Shown here piece by piece: positions 17,711 to 25,792 of a DNA stretch of 64,000 nt (positions within the stretch are counted from its first letter, which is position 1; each line of letters begins with the position of its first letter). The notes beneath the pieces are model-generated. The model ran no database searches and had not been told where the DNA came from. It saw nothing but the letters and a program-made list of their open reading frames with translations. The DNA comes from Vicinamibacterales bacterium (lineage in GTDB: Bacteria; Acidobacteriota; Vicinamibacteria; Vicinamibacterales; UBA2999), in contig JBFWQE010000003.1 of NCBI GenBank assembly GCA_050249615.1, positions 34,622 to 98,621 of the forward strand, in the 5' to 3' direction. Made by a program: the position numbers and the translations under genes.

Positions 17711-17806
17711 GGAAGCGACCGGGGCCCGGTGGCCCTCCCGGTCTTCAAAACCGGCTGCTGCCCCCTTGCGGGGCAGGATGGGTTCGACTCCCATACGCTT
17801 CCGCCA
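17711..17806 (+). tRNA. selC: tRNA-Sec (anticodon UCA)
   Basis: 96 nt, folded by hand. Acceptor GGAAGCG/CGCTTCC (7 bp plus an A-A at position 8). 6-bp D stem GGGGCC/GGCCCT with a 4-nt loop CGGT. Anticodon stem CCGGT/ACCGG with loop CTTCAAA. Long 7-bp variable arm CTGCCCC/GGGGCAG. T arm ATGGG-TTCGACT-CCCAT. Discriminator G and encoded CCA. The architecture parallels E. coli selC. Confidence 0.88.
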
Positions 17807-17856
17807 ACACCGATGCGGGGCCGCAGATGGCCGCAGAGATCGAACTGCTGACTCGG

Positions 17857-17910
17857 CAGAACTTCAGAACCCCGGAACCGCAGAACCAGACCCGAGCCCA
17901 AGTCCCGAGG
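17857..17910. repeat. Degenerate 8-nt array (CAGAACYY), reverse-complement flavour of the GGTTCTC arrays
   Basis: cagaactt cagaaccc cggaaccg cagaacca gacccgag cccaagtc ccgagg. Confidence 0.7.
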
Positions 17911-18011
17911 CGCCGCCCGTGCGAAATTGTCGTGTGGATTGAGACTCCGGCCCCAGGGAGCGGGGCCGGTCGGGAAGCAAGTCTTACAAGAACAAGAAGC
18001 AGCGCCGTGCG

Positions 18012-18215
18012 CTACTCGATCAGCCGGATGTCTCCGGCGCGGGGACCCTTCTGCGATTCTTCAGGAGTGAACTCGACGCGCTGCCCCTCTCGAAGCAGTT
18101 CGAACACCGTCCCCCGCACCGAGCTGCGGTGGAAGAAATGCTCGAGGCCGGACTCATCCCGGATGAACCCGAACCCCTTGTCGATGAGGAGTCGTGCGAT
18201 CGTTCCGGTCGGCAT
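18012..18215 (-). CDS. Cold-shock-domain protein
   Basis: 67 aa. KGFGFI (RNP1) and FFH (RNP2). GGAGGA lies 7 nt upstream of the ATG. The 243-nt upstream gap is consistent with a long csp 5' UTR. Paralogue of 16467..16676. Confidence 0.85.
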   Translation of the reverse strand: MPTGTIARLLIDKGFGFIRDESGLEHFFHRSSVRGTVFELLREGQRVEFTPEESQKGPRAGDIRLIE

Positions 18216-18458
18216 ACCCGTATCCTCCGATTCCTAGCTCCTGGGAACATCCAGGAACTGCCGCACCCGCAGATACCGGTGGTATCAGACAATGAGGCCA
18301 GGAATGGCCGGCGCCGGGGAGCGTTGGGGAACCTTTGAGTTGGGGAGTCAGTGTAGGCAGGTCGTTCGCGGTAAGTCAAGCATACGCTCGAGTCGGGCGA
18401 GCCGTTTACCGGGGGTGTGCAGGAGTGTGCAGGTGCTGTTGATCCCGGGGGGCGCCCG

Positions 18459-19103
18459 ATGATTGGCGCGGTGGTTCTGGCGGCCGGGGCCTCGTCTCGG
18501 ATGGGGCAGCCGAAGGCCGGCCTGCCGTTGGGGCGTGGCGGCCATACGGTGTTGTCGATGGGGGTGGCCACGCTGCTCGCGGCGGGGGTGCCCCGCGTGA
18601 TCATCGTGGCCGGCGCGCACCCTGAGGCGGTCCGTCACGCCCTCCGGCTGCGCGACCGCCGTCTGCGGGTGGTGGTTCACCCCGGCTGGGCCGAGGGCCA
18701 ACTGTCCTCCACGCTCTGCGGCCTCGGCGCGCTCGGCCATCCGCTCCTGGAGGCCGCGCTGATAACACTGGTGGACGTGCCGCTGGTCTCGCCGGCGACG
18801 GTGCGCGCCCTCATGCGCGCGTGGCGCGAGACCGGTGCGCCCATCGTCCGGCCCGCACGGGGTGACGAGCATGGGCACCCCGTGCTGTTCGATCGCCGGC
18901 TGTTCGCGGAGTTGCGGGCCGCGGATCCGGCGGCCGGCGCAAAACCCATCGTGCGCGCGCACGCGAGCGCCTTGCTGAATGTCGCGGTCGACGACGAGGG
19001 GGCGTTCCTGGACCTGGACACGCCGGAGGACTACGAGCGGGCGAGGCGTGCGGCGGGAGGGCCCGAGGGAACTTGGAACCGGGAGCCGGGAACCGGCTCC
19101 TGA
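18459..19103 (+). CDS. MobA/MocA-like nucleotidyltransferase (NTP_transf_3-type)
   Basis: Track ORF 18417..19103 trimmed to MIGAVVLAAGASSRMGQPK. DTPEDY near the C-terminus. The last ~12 codons are encoded by GGAACC-type simple repeats. Confidence 0.75.
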   Translation: MIGAVVLAAGASSRMGQPKAGLPLGRGGHTVLSMGVATLLAAGVPRVIIVAGAHPEAVRHALRLRDRRLRVVVHPGWAEGQLSSTLCGLGALGHPLLEAALITLVDVPLVSPATVRALMRAWRETGAPIVRPARGDEHGHPVLFDRRLFAELRAADPAAGAKPIVRAHASALLNVAVDDEGAFLDLDTPEDYERARRAAGGPEGTWNREPGTGS

Positions 19104-19120
19104 TTCCTGGTTCCTGACTC

Positions 19121-19669
19121 CTACTTCATGACCGTGAACGGGGCGCTGGCGCGGGTGGTGCCCCAGTCGATGTGCAGTGTGCCGCCGGCCGGCGTGTCCT
19201 CGATGGAGATGGTCACCATCTCGGCCGGCGCGGGCGGTGCGCCCATCCGCATCGCGACACGGCCAACGTCCTCGCCCTTCGGGTACGGGATGCCCCACTG
19301 CCCGGTCTTCTTGCTGACAATCAGCTGCCAGCCCTTCTCGCTCGGCAGCGTGTAGAGCGTGTAGGTGCCGGGGTTCACGTGCAGCATGCCGAACATCAGG
19401 GCCTTGTCGGTCTTGATCGTCGTGGCCTCGTCGGCGCCAGTCCGCCATTCCTCACCGTAGGTCGCCACCTCCTTGCCGACGGTGCGTCCCTTCAGTGACG
19501 GGCGTCCGTACTCGATGGAGATGTTGGCGCCGTCAATCGTCCATTCGCTCAGCACGTGAGGGCTGCCGCCGCCGCCGACCTTCAGCTGTGTGGTCTTCTG
19601 AGCGTGGATCGCGGTCGTGCACAGGGCCGCCACTGCCATGGCTGCCAAAGGGAACATGAGTCGCCGCAT
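19121..19669 (-). CDS. Secreted DUF2911-like protein
   Basis: 182 aa with a signal peptide (MRRLMFPLAAMAVAALCTTAIHAQ). The segments GRPSLKGR...WRTGADEATT...PGTYTLYTLP...W resemble the DUF2911 pattern as I recall it. Confidence 0.6.
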   Translation of the reverse strand: MRRLMFPLAAMAVAALCTTAIHAQKTTQLKVGGGGSPHVLSEWTIDGANISIEYGRPSLKGRTVGKEVATYGEEWRTGADEATTIKTDKALMFGMLHVNPGTYTLYTLPSEKGWQLIVSKKTGQWGIPYPKGEDVGRVAMRMGAPPAPAEMVTISIEDTPAGGTLHIDWGTTRASAPFTVMK

Positions 19670-19755
19670 TCAATGCCTCCTGGAGGTGCGTCACCGGGCC
19701 AGTCGAGCTGGTCGGCCCGTCGCCCAACCTCCGACTATAGCAAAGACACGCGGGG

Positions 19756-20256
19756 CTATTGCGACGGCGCACTGCGCAGCGTGCCATAGAGGTGCCCGCC
19801 GGCGCCGTCGCCGTGCTGCCAGGTGCCGGCGTATCGATTCCCGTAGAAGAACACGCGCGCCGTGAACGTGCCCAGTGACGGGATGCTGTAATCGGTGAGC
19901 ATCACGACGGGCGTGTCGCCCAGCCAGCGCATGGGGACGACGACGGGCAGGGTGACGTCCGTGCCCTCGTGCACCAGGCGCGCGCGAAAGCGCCACAGGC
20001 CGTCTCCGACCTTCTCCGCGCTGGCGATCTCGTAGCGATCCGGTCGCGGCGGCGCCTCACGGCCGTCCAGGGTGAACCATCCATCGAGCACGACGTTCTG
20101 CATCCGGGCCACGAACGCGCGTTCCCGCTCGTCGAGCGACGCGGGATTTACGGCCATGCCCAGGCCGGCGCGGCCGGCCAGCCAGCCCGCACCGAATGCG
20201 GCGAGCGCCAGCACGAGCGCCGCGAGCCCCCAGCCGATGTTCGCGCGGTTGCCCAT
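19756..20256 (-). CDS. Hypothetical membrane-anchored protein
   Basis: 166 aa with one N-terminal TM helix (IGWGLAALVLALAAFGAGWLAG). Balanced composition. Divergent from the TetR gene. Confidence 0.55.
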   Translation of the reverse strand: MGNRANIGWGLAALVLALAAFGAGWLAGRAGLGMAVNPASLDERERAFVARMQNVVLDGWFTLDGREAPPRPDRYEIASAEKVGDGLWRFRARLVHEGTDVTLPVVVPMRWLGDTPVVMLTDYSIPSLGTFTARVFFYGNRYAGTWQHGDGAGGHLYGTLRSAPSQ

Positions 20257-20319
20257 GGCGCGAATTCTAGCCGGTGAACTGGATTTGACTGATGAGTTTG
20301 TTATACTGACTATCTGGTC

Positions 20320-20970
20320 ATGAACATGACTGACAAGTCATCGGCCGCCGGCCCCTCGAAGGAGGATGTCGTCACCGAGTTCCGCCGCCGGTCGATTGTC
20401 GACGCGGCGCAGCGTGTCTTCGGCGAGCGTGGCTTCGAGCAGGCGACGGTGGAGGCCATCGCCGAGGCGGCGGCCGTGGCGAAGGGGACGGTGTACCTCT
20501 ATTACCCCTCGAAGCAGGCCATCTACGAGGCCACCTTCGCCGCCGGCATGGCGGAGCTCGAGCGCCTCATCCTCGAGCGCGTGGAGCACGCGGCCACGGC
20601 CCGCGAGGCCATCCAGGGGTTCGTGGCCGTCCGCGCGGAGTATTTCCAGCGGCACCCCGATTTCTTCCGCATCTACGTCGCCGAATTCGCCCGCCAGGTG
20701 GCTGCTTCCGGAACGCTGCGCGGCGCGTCACAGCAGGCGCTGGACCGGCAGACGCGGGCGCTCAGGAAGGTCATCGCCAGGGCCGTGGCGTCTGGCGAGA
20801 TACGGCCCGTGGATGCCGAGGCGGCCGCGATGGCCGTGTTCGACATGAGCAAGGGACTCGTCGCGCGGCACCTGCTGATCGGCTCGAAGGCGAGCGCCTC
20901 CCGTGACATCGAGTTCCTGACCGATCTCATCTGGACGGGCCTGCGGCCCGCACGAGGACCGAAGAAATGA
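20320..20970 (+). CDS. TetR/AcrR family transcriptional regulator
   Basis: 216 aa. N-terminal HTH FEQATVEAIAEAAAVAKGTVYLYYPSKQAIY. Confidence 0.9.
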   Translation: MNMTDKSSAAGPSKEDVVTEFRRRSIVDAAQRVFGERGFEQATVEAIAEAAAVAKGTVYLYYPSKQAIYEATFAAGMAELERLILERVEHAATAREAIQGFVAVRAEYFQRHPDFFRIYVAEFARQVAASGTLRGASQQALDRQTRALRKVIARAVASGEIRPVDAEAAAMAVFDMSKGLVARHLLIGSKASASRDIEFLTDLIWTGLRPARGPKK

Positions 20971-22349
20971 TCGTTCGACGACTGGCCGCGATCGCCGTTC
21001 TGGTGATGGCGCCCGCCTCCATCGCGGGGGCGCAGTCCACCCAGGGGAGCGATCCCTTCCACGGCAGCGTGCCTGCCGGCGAGGTGTCGGCCGCTCCGCT
21101 GCGCCTCACGCTGAAGGACGTCATCACGCGCGGCCTGCAGCACAATCTCGGGTTGCTGCTGCAGGACGAGGCCGCGCGCGCCGCGCACGGCGCGCGGTGG
21201 CGCGCCCTGTCCGATCTGCTGCCACAGGTGAGCGGCGCCGCCGGCGAGCGCCGGCAGGTGATCAACCTCGAGGCCTTCGGCTTCCCGGCGCCGGACCCCA
21301 TTGTCGGGCCCTTCAACGTCTTCGACGCGCGAATCAGCGTGTCGCAGCCCCTTCTGGACCTGGCCGCCCTGAACGACGCCCGGGCCGCCACCCGCCACGA
21401 GCGCGCGGCGCTGCTGGGCATCCGCTCGGCGCGCGAACTGGTGGTGCTGGTGTCGGTCAATCTGTACCTGGAGGCCGTCACCGCCGGCAGCCGCGTGGAG
21501 GTGGCGCGCGCCCAGCTGGCCACCGCCGAGACGCTGTTGACCCAGGCGTCCAACCTGAAGGCGTCTGGCCTGGTGGCCGGCATCGACGTGGTGCGGGCCC
21601 AGGCGCAGGTGCAGGCGCAGCGACACCGGCTGAGCGTGACGGAGAACGACCTCGAGAAGGCGCGGCTGCGGCTCGCCCGCGCCATCGGCCTGCCGCTGGG
21701 CCAGGCGATCACGCTCGAGGATGCCATGCCCTACGCGCCGATGGCGTCGGTGTCGGCCGAGACGGCGCTGGCCGAGGCCCTCGCGCGCCGCCCCGATTTC
21801 CTCGCTGCCGCCGAGCGCCTGGCCGCGGCCGAGGCCACGGCCAGGGCCGCCTCGGCCGAGCGGCTGCCGAGCCTCCACCTCGACGCCGATTACGGCGTCA
21901 TCGGGCAGCAGGCGTCGAACGCGCATGCGACGTACACGATTGCCGCCACCGTCCGGGTGCCGGTGTTCGAGGGTGGCCGCGTGCACGGCCGGCGGTCCGA
22001 GGCCGAGGCCGGCGTGCGCCAGCGCCGCGCGGAGTACGAGGACTTCAAGGGACGCATCGATCTCGAGGTGCGCACGGCCCTGCTCGACGTGCGGGCGGCG
22101 GCGCAGCAGATTGAAGTCGCCGACATCGCGGTCACGTTGGCCGCGCAGGAACTGGACCAGGCGCGCGACCGGTTCGCGGCGGGCGTGGCCGGCAACATCG
22201 AGGTGGTCCGCGCGCAGGAGTCCGTGGCGGCGGCCGCCGAGACGCGGATCGCGGCGCTCTACCACCACAACGTCGCCAAGGCGATGCTGGCCCGCGCCAT
22301 CGGCATCGCCGAGCAGGCCGTGTCGAACACCCAGACAGGAGCGAAGTAG
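20967..22349 (+). CDS. TolC-family outer-membrane efflux protein
   Basis: 460 aa with a signal peptide, two-repeat coiled-coil/beta layout, and an ATGA overlap with the TetR gene. Confidence 0.85.
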   Translation: MIVRRLAAIAVLVMAPASIAGAQSTQGSDPFHGSVPAGEVSAAPLRLTLKDVITRGLQHNLGLLLQDEAARAAHGARWRALSDLLPQVSGAAGERRQVINLEAFGFPAPDPIVGPFNVFDARISVSQPLLDLAALNDARAATRHERAALLGIRSARELVVLVSVNLYLEAVTAGSRVEVARAQLATAETLLTQASNLKASGLVAGIDVVRAQAQVQAQRHRLSVTENDLEKARLRLARAIGLPLGQAITLEDAMPYAPMASVSAETALAEALARRPDFLAAAERLAAAEATARAASAERLPSLHLDADYGVIGQQASNAHATYTIAATVRVPVFEGGRVHGRRSEAEAGVRQRRAEYEDFKGRIDLEVRTALLDVRAAAQQIEVADIAVTLAAQELDQARDRFAAGVAGNIEVVRAQESVAAAAETRIAALYHHNVAKAMLARAIGIAEQAVSNTQTGAK

Positions 22350-23573
22350 ATGTCAGAGGCCCCTCAACCCTTCCGCGGCCCGGCACGGTGGATCGTGCTC
22401 GGGCTGGCCGTCGTGGCCACTCTCGTGGGCGGCATCCAGTGGCTGCAGGCTGGCCACGAGTCGACCGATGATGCGCAGATCGAGGGCCGGATCACGCAGA
22501 TCGCGACGCGCGTAGGCGGGCCCGTTTTGGCGGTGCACGTTGCCGACAACCAGTTCGTGCAGAAAGGGACCGTCCTCGTCGAGATCGATGCGCGCGAGTA
22601 CCAGGTCGCGGTGGACCGCGCCGCCGCGGAACTGGCCGACGCCCAGGCCAACGCGATGGCCGCCGACGCGGGCATCCCCATCGCGAGTGTCTCCACGGCC
22701 AGCGACGTGCAGCTGGCCTCTGGCGGCATGGTCGAGGCACAGGCCGGCGTCACGGTCGCCGACCGGCAGGTGGAGGCTGCCGCGGCCCGGCTGCTGGCGG
22801 CCGAGGCGCGGGCACGGGAACACGAGGCTGCCGCCGCCAAGGCCGCGAAGGACGTGGAGCGCCTGCGGCCGCTCGCCGCGAAGGAGGAGATCGCGCAGCA
22901 GCAGTTCGAAGCCGCGCAGGCCACGGCGGACGCGTCCAAGGCTGCCGTCGATGCCGCGCGATCCGAAGTCGTGGCCGCCCGCACAGCGGTGTCCGTGGCC
23001 GAGCAGCGTGCCGTGCAGGCGCGCGCCGCCGAGGCCCGTTCGCGTGCCGTGCTCGCGTCCGCGGAGACGGCACCGGAGCAACTGCAGGTGACGCACGCCA
23101 GGGCAGCGGCCGCCCAGGCGCGCGTCAAGCAGGCGGCAGCCGCGCTGGCGCAGGCCCAGTTGAACCTCGAGCGCACGAGGATCACCGCCCCGTCCGACGG
23201 CATTGTCGGCCGGAAGGCCATCGAGGTGGGACAGCAGGTCCAGCCGGGCCAGCCGCTCCTCGCCCTCATCAACCGTGACGATGTGTGGGTGGTCGCCAAC
23301 TTCAAGGAGACGCAGCTTGGCGGCATGCGGCCGGGCCAGGAGGCGGTGGTCGAAGTGGACGCCCTCGACGGACAGGCCCTGCACGGCACGGTGGAAAGCA
23401 TCGGCGCCGCCACGGGGGCGAAGTTCAGCCTGCTGCCGCCCGAGAACGCCACCGGGAACTTCGTCAAGGTCGTGCAGCGCGTCCCCGTGAAGATCGTGCT
23501 CGACCCTGGCCAGGACCCGGAGCATCACCTGCGGCCCGGGCTCTCGGTCGTCCCCACCGTCTACACGAAGTGA
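22350..23573 (+). CDS. HlyD/EmrA-family membrane fusion protein
   Basis: 407 aa. N-terminal TM, a long Ala-rich coiled coil, and ITAPSDGIVG (lipoyl/beta-barrel region). Confidence 0.85.
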   Translation: MSEAPQPFRGPARWIVLGLAVVATLVGGIQWLQAGHESTDDAQIEGRITQIATRVGGPVLAVHVADNQFVQKGTVLVEIDAREYQVAVDRAAAELADAQANAMAADAGIPIASVSTASDVQLASGGMVEAQAGVTVADRQVEAAAARLLAAEARAREHEAAAAKAAKDVERLRPLAAKEEIAQQQFEAAQATADASKAAVDAARSEVVAARTAVSVAEQRAVQARAAEARSRAVLASAETAPEQLQVTHARAAAAQARVKQAAAALAQAQLNLERTRITAPSDGIVGRKAIEVGQQVQPGQPLLALINRDDVWVVANFKETQLGGMRPGQEAVVEVDALDGQALHGTVESIGAATGAKFSLLPPENATGNFVKVVQRVPVKIVLDPGQDPEHHLRPGLSVVPTVYTK

Positions 23574-23577
23574 CCCG

Positions 23578-25128
23578 ATGAGCGAGGCGCGGCCGGTCAA
23601 CCCGTGGATCGTGGCGGTCGCGGTGATGTTCGCGACCTTCATGGAGGTGCTTGACACGACGGTCGTGAACGTGTCGCTGCCGCACATCGCGGGGAACCTC
23701 TCCGCGACGATCGACGAGTCCACCTGGGTGCTCACGTCGTACCTGGTGGCCAACGCCATCGTCCTCCCGCTCACGGGATGGCTGGCCTCGACCTTCGGGC
23801 GGAAGCGCCTGCTGATGGTGTCGGTCACCGGCTTCACACTGTCCTCGCTGCTCTGCGGGCTCGCGCCGAACCTGCCGCTGCTCGTCCTCTTCCGCCTGCT
23901 GCAGGGGGCGACCGGCGGCGCCATGCAGCCCCTCTCGCAGGCCGTGCTGCTCGAGGCCTTCCCACCGCACCAGCGCGGCAAGGCCATGGGCTTCTGGGGC
24001 CTCGGTATCGTCGCCGCTCCCATCCTGGGGCCGGTGCTGGGCGGCTGGCTCACCGACACCTACTCGTGGCGATGGGTGTTCTACATCAACCTGCCGGTGG
24101 GCATCGCGTCGCTGGTGATGACGAGGCTCTACGTGTTCGACCCGTCGTACCTCCGGCGGGAGACGACGCGCGTGGATTACTGGGGGATCGGGCTGCTGGC
24201 GCTCTGGGTCGGCGCGCTGCAACTGGCGCTCGACCTCGGCCAGCAGCGGGACTGGTTCTCGTCTCCGCTCATCACCACGTTGATCGTGCTCTCGGGCGGC
24301 GGCGTCGTCGCCTTCCTGGCGCGCGAGCTCATGGCCGCCGAGCCGGTGATCGACCTGCGCGTGTTCAGGCTCCGCAGCTATGCGACCGGCGTCTTCCTGA
24401 TGACGTCGCTCGGCTTCGTGCTGTACGGAAGCCTGGTGCTGCTGCCCATCATGCTGCAGACGCTGCTCGGCTACCCGTCACTCGAGGCCGGCATCGCGAT
24501 GGCGCCGCGCGGCATGGGGTCGCTCATCGGCATGCCGACGGTCGGCATGCTGATTGGGCGGCTCGACCCGCGCAGGCTGGTGGCGGTCGGCCTCACCCTG
24601 GGCGCCGGCACGCTGTTCTGGCTCGGACAGCTCAACCTGGACGCCGGCTACTGGGAGATCTTCTGGCCCCAGTTCCTGCAGGGCATTGGCCTGTCGATGG
24701 TCTTCGTCCCGCTGACGACCATCGCCATGGACCCGGTGCCGCGGGAGAAGATGGGTAACGCCACCAGCCTCTTCAACCTGATGCGCAACCTGGGGGGCAG
24801 CGTCGGCATCGCGGTCACGGCGACCATGCTGGCGCGCAAGCAGCAGGTGTATACGAGCACGCTCGGCACGCACGTGGACGTCTACTCCCTTCAGGCCCAG
24901 GGCATGCTCGAGTCGATGCGGCAGGCCTTCATCGCCGCGGGTTCCGATCCGGTCACGGCCTCGCAGCGCGCGTACGCGGCGCTGCACGGCACGGTGCAGC
25001 GGCAGGCCGCCATGCTGTCGTTCGTGGACCTGTTCCGCGGGCTGGCGGTCATCTTCCTGTGCCTGGTGCCCCTGGTGATCCTCATGAAGCGTCCGCGGGC
25101 AGGAAGCGGGCCCGCGGGGGCTCACTGA
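23578..25128 (+). CDS. MFS transporter, DHA2 (EmrB/QacA, 14-TM) family
   Basis: 516 aa. FMEVLDTTVVNVSLPHI and GWLASTFGRKR motifs. Confidence 0.9.
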   Translation: MSEARPVNPWIVAVAVMFATFMEVLDTTVVNVSLPHIAGNLSATIDESTWVLTSYLVANAIVLPLTGWLASTFGRKRLLMVSVTGFTLSSLLCGLAPNLPLLVLFRLLQGATGGAMQPLSQAVLLEAFPPHQRGKAMGFWGLGIVAAPILGPVLGGWLTDTYSWRWVFYINLPVGIASLVMTRLYVFDPSYLRRETTRVDYWGIGLLALWVGALQLALDLGQQRDWFSSPLITTLIVLSGGGVVAFLARELMAAEPVIDLRVFRLRSYATGVFLMTSLGFVLYGSLVLLPIMLQTLLGYPSLEAGIAMAPRGMGSLIGMPTVGMLIGRLDPRRLVAVGLTLGAGTLFWLGQLNLDAGYWEIFWPQFLQGIGLSMVFVPLTTIAMDPVPREKMGNATSLFNLMRNLGGSVGIAVTATMLARKQQVYTSTLGTHVDVYSLQAQGMLESMRQAFIAAGSDPVTASQRAYAALHGTVQRQAAMLSFVDLFRGLAVIFLCLVPLVILMKRPRAGSGPAGAH

Positions 25129-25234
25129 CGAACAGAAATGTGAGAAGGGAGAAGGGTGCCCCGAGAGGTCTGAGGGCTGCCATCTGAAACGGGCGCAACC
25201 TCCGGGTCCTCGAGGACATCGTTGATACCCTCCA

Positions 25235-25597
25235 CTATCCCTGCCGCAGTTCCTCGGCGGGGGCGAGCCTGGCGGCGCGGCGGGCCGGACGGTAGCATGC
25301 CACGACGGCGACGAGCACCAGCACGAGACCGACGATGGCGAGAATCCGAGGGTCGCTCGCTCTCAGGCGGGGCTGACCGGATGGGAAAGCACAGTCCCAG
25401 GCCATCGCACCCGCCAGGCCAAGGCCGAGGCCCAGCAGCAGCGGCAGCCGCACCCCTGCGACCACGAGCCGCGCGATCCGGGCGGGGGTGGCCCCGAGGG
25501 CCATGCGGATACCGAGTTCGTGCTGGCGAAGGCTCACGGCGCGTGCCGTGACGGCATACAGCCCCACAGTGGTCAGCAACAGGCACAGTAGTGCCTG
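25235..25597 (-). pseudogene. 3' remnant of an ADOP/FtsX-type permease gene (last ~120 codons only)
   Basis: The translation LLTTVGLYAVTARAVSLRQHELGIRMALGATPARI...[21 protein letters not shown] aligns by eye with the C-terminus of the intact permease at 9454..11898 (GLYGVIAYIVTQRRREVGIRMALGAGGTEV...TWLPARQAAGVDPAIALRSE). Similarity stops exactly where the octamer array begins. Confidence 0.7.
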
Positions 25598-25662
25598 GGG
25601 TTCTCGGGTTCTCAGGTTCTCAGGTTCTCGGGTTCTCGGGTTCTCGGGTTCTCGAGTTCGGG
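25598..25662. repeat. Tandem octamer array (GGTTCTCR), 7 units plus 1 degenerate
   Basis: gggttctc gggttctc aggttctc aggttctc gggttctc gggttctc gggttctc gagttcgg. Confidence 0.95.
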
Positions 25663-25760
25663 ACGACTGTTCCCGGCGCGATTGCGGTCCAGGCGCCAGC
25701 CTCTCCCGTCAGTCCTCAATCCCGTCGCCCGCCTGGCCGAGGGTACGGCGGCAGCCCGAC

Positions 25761-25789
25761 CTCCCGATTCCCACTCCCGACTCCCGACG
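25761..25789. repeat. Short 7-8-nt repeat CTCCCGA x3-4, just past the receptor stop codon
   Basis: ctcccgat tcccact cccgact cccgacg. Confidence 0.6.
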
Positions 25790-25792
25790 TGA

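Noticed and set aside
19061-19120. GGAACC / GGTTCC repeats at the 3' end of the MocA-like gene as a distinct array or terminator
   Set aside because: The repeats are short and irregular and partly coding (they encode the tail GTWNREPGTGS). The best inverted pair is only 6 bp and has no T-tract. The evidence is too weak to call.
20285-20307. TTGACT and TATACT as a sigma-70 -35/-10 pair upstream of the TetR gene
   Set aside because: The spacer is only 11 nt, against 16-18 nt required. The hexamers are better explained as parts of the TGACT direct-repeat set.
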